In this document: piece after piece, positions 58,449-64,000 of the stretch
Numbering within the stretch: the stretch's first letter is position 1
Layout of the letters: each line of letters opens with the position of its first letter
From: Selaginella moellendorffii
Taxonomy: Eukaryota > Plantae > Lycopodiophyta
Direction: 5' to 3'
DNA: 64,000 nt
NCBI RefSeq assembly: GCF_000143415.4
Contig: NW_003314303.1
Coordinates: forward strand, 164,557-228,556
Notes under the pieces: model-generated
What the model saw: the letters and a program-made list of their open reading frames with translations, nothing else
The model's database searches: none
What the model was told of the DNA's origin: nothing
Made by a program: the position numbers and the translations under genes

Positions 58449-61198
58449 ATGCTTTATAATTAAAATTGTACATCTAAATCTACTAGTATCTAGGAATCTC
58501 GATAGTCAAGTAATTTATATTTCCTTAAAACGGTAAAAATTATTTCTATAGATTTACTAGTTTTTTTGTTATAATTTAGTTTTATGTTAATATCTGTAAT
58601 TTCATTAAATTTCTTCCATCATAATTCTGTTAATTACTATTTATATATCCACAAACAAATAGCCTTGGAAACAAAACTCCCTTCTAATAGCATTTAACCT
58701 TGTTATTGTGAAATCAACCTGTTTGGGGCTAAATCTTGGTATTAAACCATAACAATTGAAATTAAATAATAAATTAATTGGCAAAATAAATTTGATAGAA
58801 TAATCATTATTACCATAGAGAAGTGAGTTAGATAATTTGCCCAACTATATATTAAATTCATAATAATGATTATTAAGTTAAATAGAAATTTGAAAATATA
58901 ATATTAGAGTGCCTATTTTAGGAACTTCCTGTGAAATTCTGAATTTTTTAAAAGTTTTTTACTTTGCTTGAAATATAAACAACATATTAAAGAAAAGTTT
59001 AACAAGAAGATTCAAATTTCTAAAAGACAAAAATAGAGTCATGCTTTAAGAAGAATATATGATGTTATATTGCAAATCATAGTAGTGGTGTTGCCAATGT
59101 CAATAAAATTATTAATATTTAAGATTTTTTAAAATAAATTACTAGCCTTTGGTTGCTTAAGCAAACCTATAAGATATACCTAAAATATGTTTGGATATTT
59201 TGGGATATTCTACCATATAACTGTTATTATTATTTTTATTAATCTTGTATTTATAATTAATAAGTATAAATTACAAATTTCCTGAACACTTTCTAGAATA
59301 TTCTACTTTATTTTGTCATTTATATGTAATAGAATTAATTTCATTTAATTGAAGCTTAAATCATGTATTGGTCTTATAAAGTTATATATATTTATTTCCT
59401 CTAAAAAATTGAAATGAAAGTAGAGAATTGCATGTATACAAAAGTGTAAACAATAAAAAAGAATGACTTAACAAACTATCAATAAGGGTTTAAATATAAA
59501 GATAAAGAACTTAGAAATAAAAGTGCAATATTTTTTTTAATCAGTTAAAAGTTTTAGAAGATTTAGGGTTAAGTGTTAAGTTTATTACCAGAAAGAAAGG
59601 AACTATTTATTATTATCGTATTATAATCATTTATAAGTTTTTATTTAATCAATAAATAATAAGCTCTACTATTAAGCACTCCCACACTTGGATTAAAGCT
59701 TGAATTGTGCATAGATGATGGAATATGGTGAGAATGACATATAAAAAACTTATTAATCAACTACTCAAAGATTTGTTCTTAGTCTTCACATATTATTGAT
59801 TCAACCTTGCATCTAGCATGTGGTCTTGGCCTTGAACTGTTTTCCTTTGCTAACTCACACATTAATCTTTATATGCATTCTTCTTAATTGTTGGAAATGC
59901 CTGCAAAGAGTTGCATACAATATTCTTGAATTTTGACTCAATGAGGCAAGATTCTTATTCATATATCAAGTTGCTACATTAATTTGCCCTTCTTAAATTT
60001 GGACTTCTGCATTATGATAAACACTTAAGTAGTGGCTTCCCAAAGAAAGTTTAATAGGTAATATTCCCAACAAATGAGCTAGGCTAGATAATCTCCCCAA
60101 CACAACAAATGAGGTTGTCAAGGAATGAGAGGCGAAATCACACAGTCATAGTAGAGGAGAGGAGTAGACATAAGGCATATGGAAATGCCTCAATTTCAAC
60201 AAAAGGAGAACTACTTCAGCTTTAGTGGCCCATATCTTTTATAGGTAAGTTTGTAGTTGCCACATTGCATGATAAAGGAACCCAACATGGAAGGAAGATA
60301 TGTTGTTAAATTGCTGATAAATCTATGTATTTATAGGGTGGATAGAGGGAGAGTTCAAGGGGGGAAATGGTTATTGAGCAAGTTATGAGTTGGGAGTCAA
60401 GTTAATTCAAGGGGGGTTCTTTAGGATATGGGACATCTTCTTATGTATTGCACAGGCTTACACCTGTTTTAGAATTGCTACAACATAGCATGCCCTATAT
60501 CAATATTATAAAATACAATCATATTTTGATTGCAACTATAGCAATCAAAACATGATTCTGTCAATTATAATATTATGTAGAATAAAAGAAAAATACTCCC
60601 AATCATGTTTTGATTACAATATATAGCTATATTTTAATGTACTAATAATTTTTTGGGTGTTGAATAGTATTGCTATTCCTATATAGTATTTTATTTACTA
60701 ATCTATGGAAGTTTATAATTATAAACATGTTTTTAATTTATAAATGCAAGAATAATCTTATTGCTAGAATAAAAAAGAATATACTAGGAAGTATTAACTG
60801 TTAAAGGTAGAATATCCCAGATTATTTAAGTATTTTCTAGGTATATCTTAAAAAAACTAGAATATACTAGAAATATTTTATAAACTATATAAACAAAATT
60901 AATCTATATGAATAACAATAATATCCCAGAATCCAAGTAAAAATACAATCAATAAATATAAAGTTTGTGTAATAAAACTTATAAACGTGAAGTTGTTTAT
61001 TTTTAAAGCATTTAGGGCCATTCGTGTTGAGCAGCCCTGTTCGAGATGTCCGCGACTAATCCAGCACTTGCTTGTTGGCTATGTCGGAATGGAGGTGCTT
61101 GGCTTCTGCTTCATGGTTGGATCCAAGCGGAAACGTGCTCCATAGACAAAGCATGGAAGAGGTAAGATTCAGCTAGACAATCTATACGAGCGCGGTGG

Positions 61199-62671
61199 TC
61201 AGATGAAAAGCATCGACAACGTCAACCACACGAACGCCAACACATTTCTACAAAGCCTCTCCCTCTCAGCGCTATTGACAACGATCTGCCGCATGAATCG
61301 ACAGTTCCCGTGGCTCGGATCATCCCTTACGACTCTGCCAAACTCGGGATCACAGCTGCTGGTGGCCTGGTCATTGAGCTGATAGTTGCTGTTGAAAGCA
61401 TAGCTCGCTCGCTCGCTCACGGTGAGAAAGTTGCAAGAGCCACCTTCGAGGAGAGGACTGCAGTCTACTTGCTGGCAAGTGGCATTGATCCTCTGCTCCA
61501 GCCCGTCCGTGGCGTCGTTTGAGACGCACCACCTCGCAGGCATGTACTCGACGTCTGGGACGTTCTCCAGCTCTCTGGCACCCAACAGCGTAAGGTCATA
61601 CTTGCGAGTTCCATCGTACTGGAAGATCCCCCAGTGCCGCTCGTAGCCTGGTTTCTTGCGGTCTTCATCCACCAGGCTGAAGATATATGCGTGGAGTTTG
61701 CCGGGCCTCAGCGGGGTACCTCTGGAGCTTTCAATCCGCTTCACCAGGCCTTGGTTGAATCGCTTAGCGTTTTGCGGATTCGCCTGAAGGTTGCAGTCGG
61801 TCGGCCATCCGGTTCCTCCGACGATGATTGGCATGTCCGGGAAGCCGGCTTGTTTCAGAGCCGACACCACAGTGTCGAAGATGGCGTCGAAGGCGTTGGT
61901 GTAGTTGTTGCCTTGGTCCTGTTGAAATGGGAAATCGCCATCGAAGAAGGCAAAATCGAGGGGAAAGGATGGATCGTTCACCGAGCTGATGAAGGGGTGG
62001 ATGTTGACGGTGAAAGGCGACTTTGAGTCGGAGAGAAGCTCCAAGATGGTCTTCATCTCGTCGGGGCGGATGAAATTTCCAGTGGAGGGTGTGAAGGAGT
62101 TCGAGGTAACGATGCCAGCGCTGAAGGGAATGGTGGTTTTGATATCTCTGGTTCTTGTCTGCTTGTCGAGCGCAGCCCGGATGTTCTTCACTGCTCCAAT
62201 AACAGCGTCGAGTCTCACATCGTGTAGTGGTTCCTCGCCAACAGCGACGTATCTGTTTGACAACCTCTCAGATCAACAAACGATCACAAACAGGAAGACA
62301 AAAAGAAACAAAAGATATCACCTGATGTCTACTCGTCTCTTGGGGTACTTGAGGTACCAAGTTACGTTGCTCTCCACCCAGTTGCGAGCAGCGTGCATGC
62401 TCGAGGACAGCGTCTCCAGCATGGTGTTGGGAATTCCAACCATGACTTCGATGTTGGAGCCTGCCAGTGCGTGGAGGACGGAGGCGTCCGTGTCAAACAT
62501 CTTCACTCTCGTGAAGCTGTTCTTCTGGAGCATTTTGACAACGCTCGGCGCGTGGAGGGGGTGAGATACCTGCGTTCCCCAGTTGACACCAACCTGAGCT
62601 CGACTTGATCCAACTAGCAGCAGCAGCAGCAGTAGCGACAGCGTTGTCGAGAAGTCCAGCCGGACCAACAT
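61199..62671 (-). CDS. GH17 beta-1,3-glucanase-like protein with X8/CBM43 domain and GPI-type tail; exons 62322-62671 and 61199-62252
   Basis: Signal peptide, VGVNWG, YVAVGEEP, GWPT, ERHWGIF, X8 WCV...C...DC...ASYAFNSNYQ and a hydrophobic C-terminus. Confidence 0.92.
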
Positions 62672-62966
62672 CACTACGAGCAGAATCGACCATCTCCAAA
62701 CGTCCTATCTCTCCCACCTCGGTCCGAAGAGTAGCGGCTGTCATCCTTAAAACGCACTGCTACTCAACTCCTTGCTTGACTTTGGTTTTACCTCTACCTT
62801 GATCCCGGGCTTCGTAGAGATCAATGCAACCATGGATCTTACCAGAGGTAAACGTTCGCAATTCACATCACGACGGAAATCACGAATGAAACTCTTTTTT
62901 CTAACCAGAAGAACAAACTGCTAGGACCAGAGATAAGCTTTTGGGAACACAAACTCTTTCGTTTGC

Positions 62967-64000
62967 TTAAATTTCTCTTATCACTACAGCGAGAACGATG
63001 GCGAACACCATCATGGCAAACGCTCGAGGACGCTCTAAAGTAGCTCGTGAAGAGTGCGATGCGACGACTTTCAGCTTGATCTGCCGGATGAATCGGCAGT
63101 TCGGCGTGCTGGGATCGACACCGGTGATGATCCCGTTTCCTTGGAAGTCACAGCTGCTGGGAACTTGGTCCTTGAGCTGGAAGTAGCTGTTGAACGCGTA
63201 CGAAGCGGCCTGCTCGGGAGAGAGCGTCGAGTAGCAAGAGCCGCCATCCGGGACGAGCGGCGTGCAGTCGGCTGCCGAGCAAGCGAAATCAATCTGGCCT
63301 TGCGGGACTGCTATGCCGGGTTTCAAGACGCACCACAGTGCCGGGTAGTAGTCAACGCCACCGACTTTCTCGAGCACTGACGAGCTTCCGCTCGTGTTGA
63401 GGAGGTACTTGGGCTGACCATCGTACGTGAAGAGACCCCAGTGACGCTCGAAGTTACCCGGGGCGATGCTCTTGAGGTCCTCGTCGAAGAGGCTGAAGAT
63501 ATAGGCGTGGAGTACAGTTCCTGGCCGCATTGGGGTACCTGGTGGAGAGGGCCTGTGGATCCAGAGGTGGAAGAACTTAAAACACTCGCAAGATCGAACT
63601 AAACTGGTATGCATCTGGAAGTTGGCATGAGATACTCACGAGATGATTCGACTGACCAGAGCCTGGTTGAATCTCCTCGCGTTGGAAGGTGTCGCGCTCG
63701 GGAAACCATCGGTCGGCCACCCGGCCTCGCCCACGATGATCTCCATGTTTGGGAAGCCCGAGTCCGTGAGAGCCGCGACCAGCATGTCGAAGGTGGCATC
63801 AAAGACGCTCGTGTAGGTGCTCTGGCCGTATTGGACCTGGAAGCACCCGTCCAGGAACGCATATTCACTGGGGAAGTTTGGATCCTGCGCCAGGCTGATG
63901 AAAGGATAGAGGTTGATCGTGAAGGGGGCTCCGGTGCTGGCGAGAGCTTTCACAATGTCGTCCATGAGCATCTTGATATCGTTCCTGAAAACTCCGGTGG
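62967..64000 (-). CDS. Second GH17-X8 beta-1,3-glucanase paralog (5' end outside window; intron ~63553-63639)
   Basis: INLYPF, IIVGEAGWPT, FDEDLKSIAPGNFERHWGLF, X8 domain and hydrophobic tail. Confidence 0.92.

Overview
Eukaryotic plant genomic DNA. The very short introns, intronless PLS-type PPR genes and a Tcn1-like chromovirus suggest the lycophyte Selaginella (inference). Bases 1 to about 31.5 kb form an AT-rich, transposon-laden island. It holds an intronless secreted bulb-type (GNA) lectin ORF, orphan small ORFs and three LTR retrotransposons: two decayed, and one intact self-priming chromovirus with a -1 frameshift signal. Removing two of these elements at their target-site duplications and undoing an inversion reassembles one spliced, pseudogenised gene. 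It encodes a Pro-rich N-terminus, a ParB/Srx-like motif and a bacterial-type beta-class N4C/N6A DNA methyltransferase domain; this is the most notable item in the window. Bases 31.7-64 kb are mostly compact and gene-dense: NCL-type Na+/Ca2+ exchanger, P-type PPR, inactive-looking aspartyl protease, two PLS PPR genes each next to a tRNA-Arg gene, PADRE/DUF4228-like gene, PPH1/TAP38 PP2C, MFS transporter, PsaE, WDHD1/Ctf4, a DUF26 peptide, a PPR pseudogene and two GH17-X8 glucanases. All calls come from reading motifs by eye; no database search was run.
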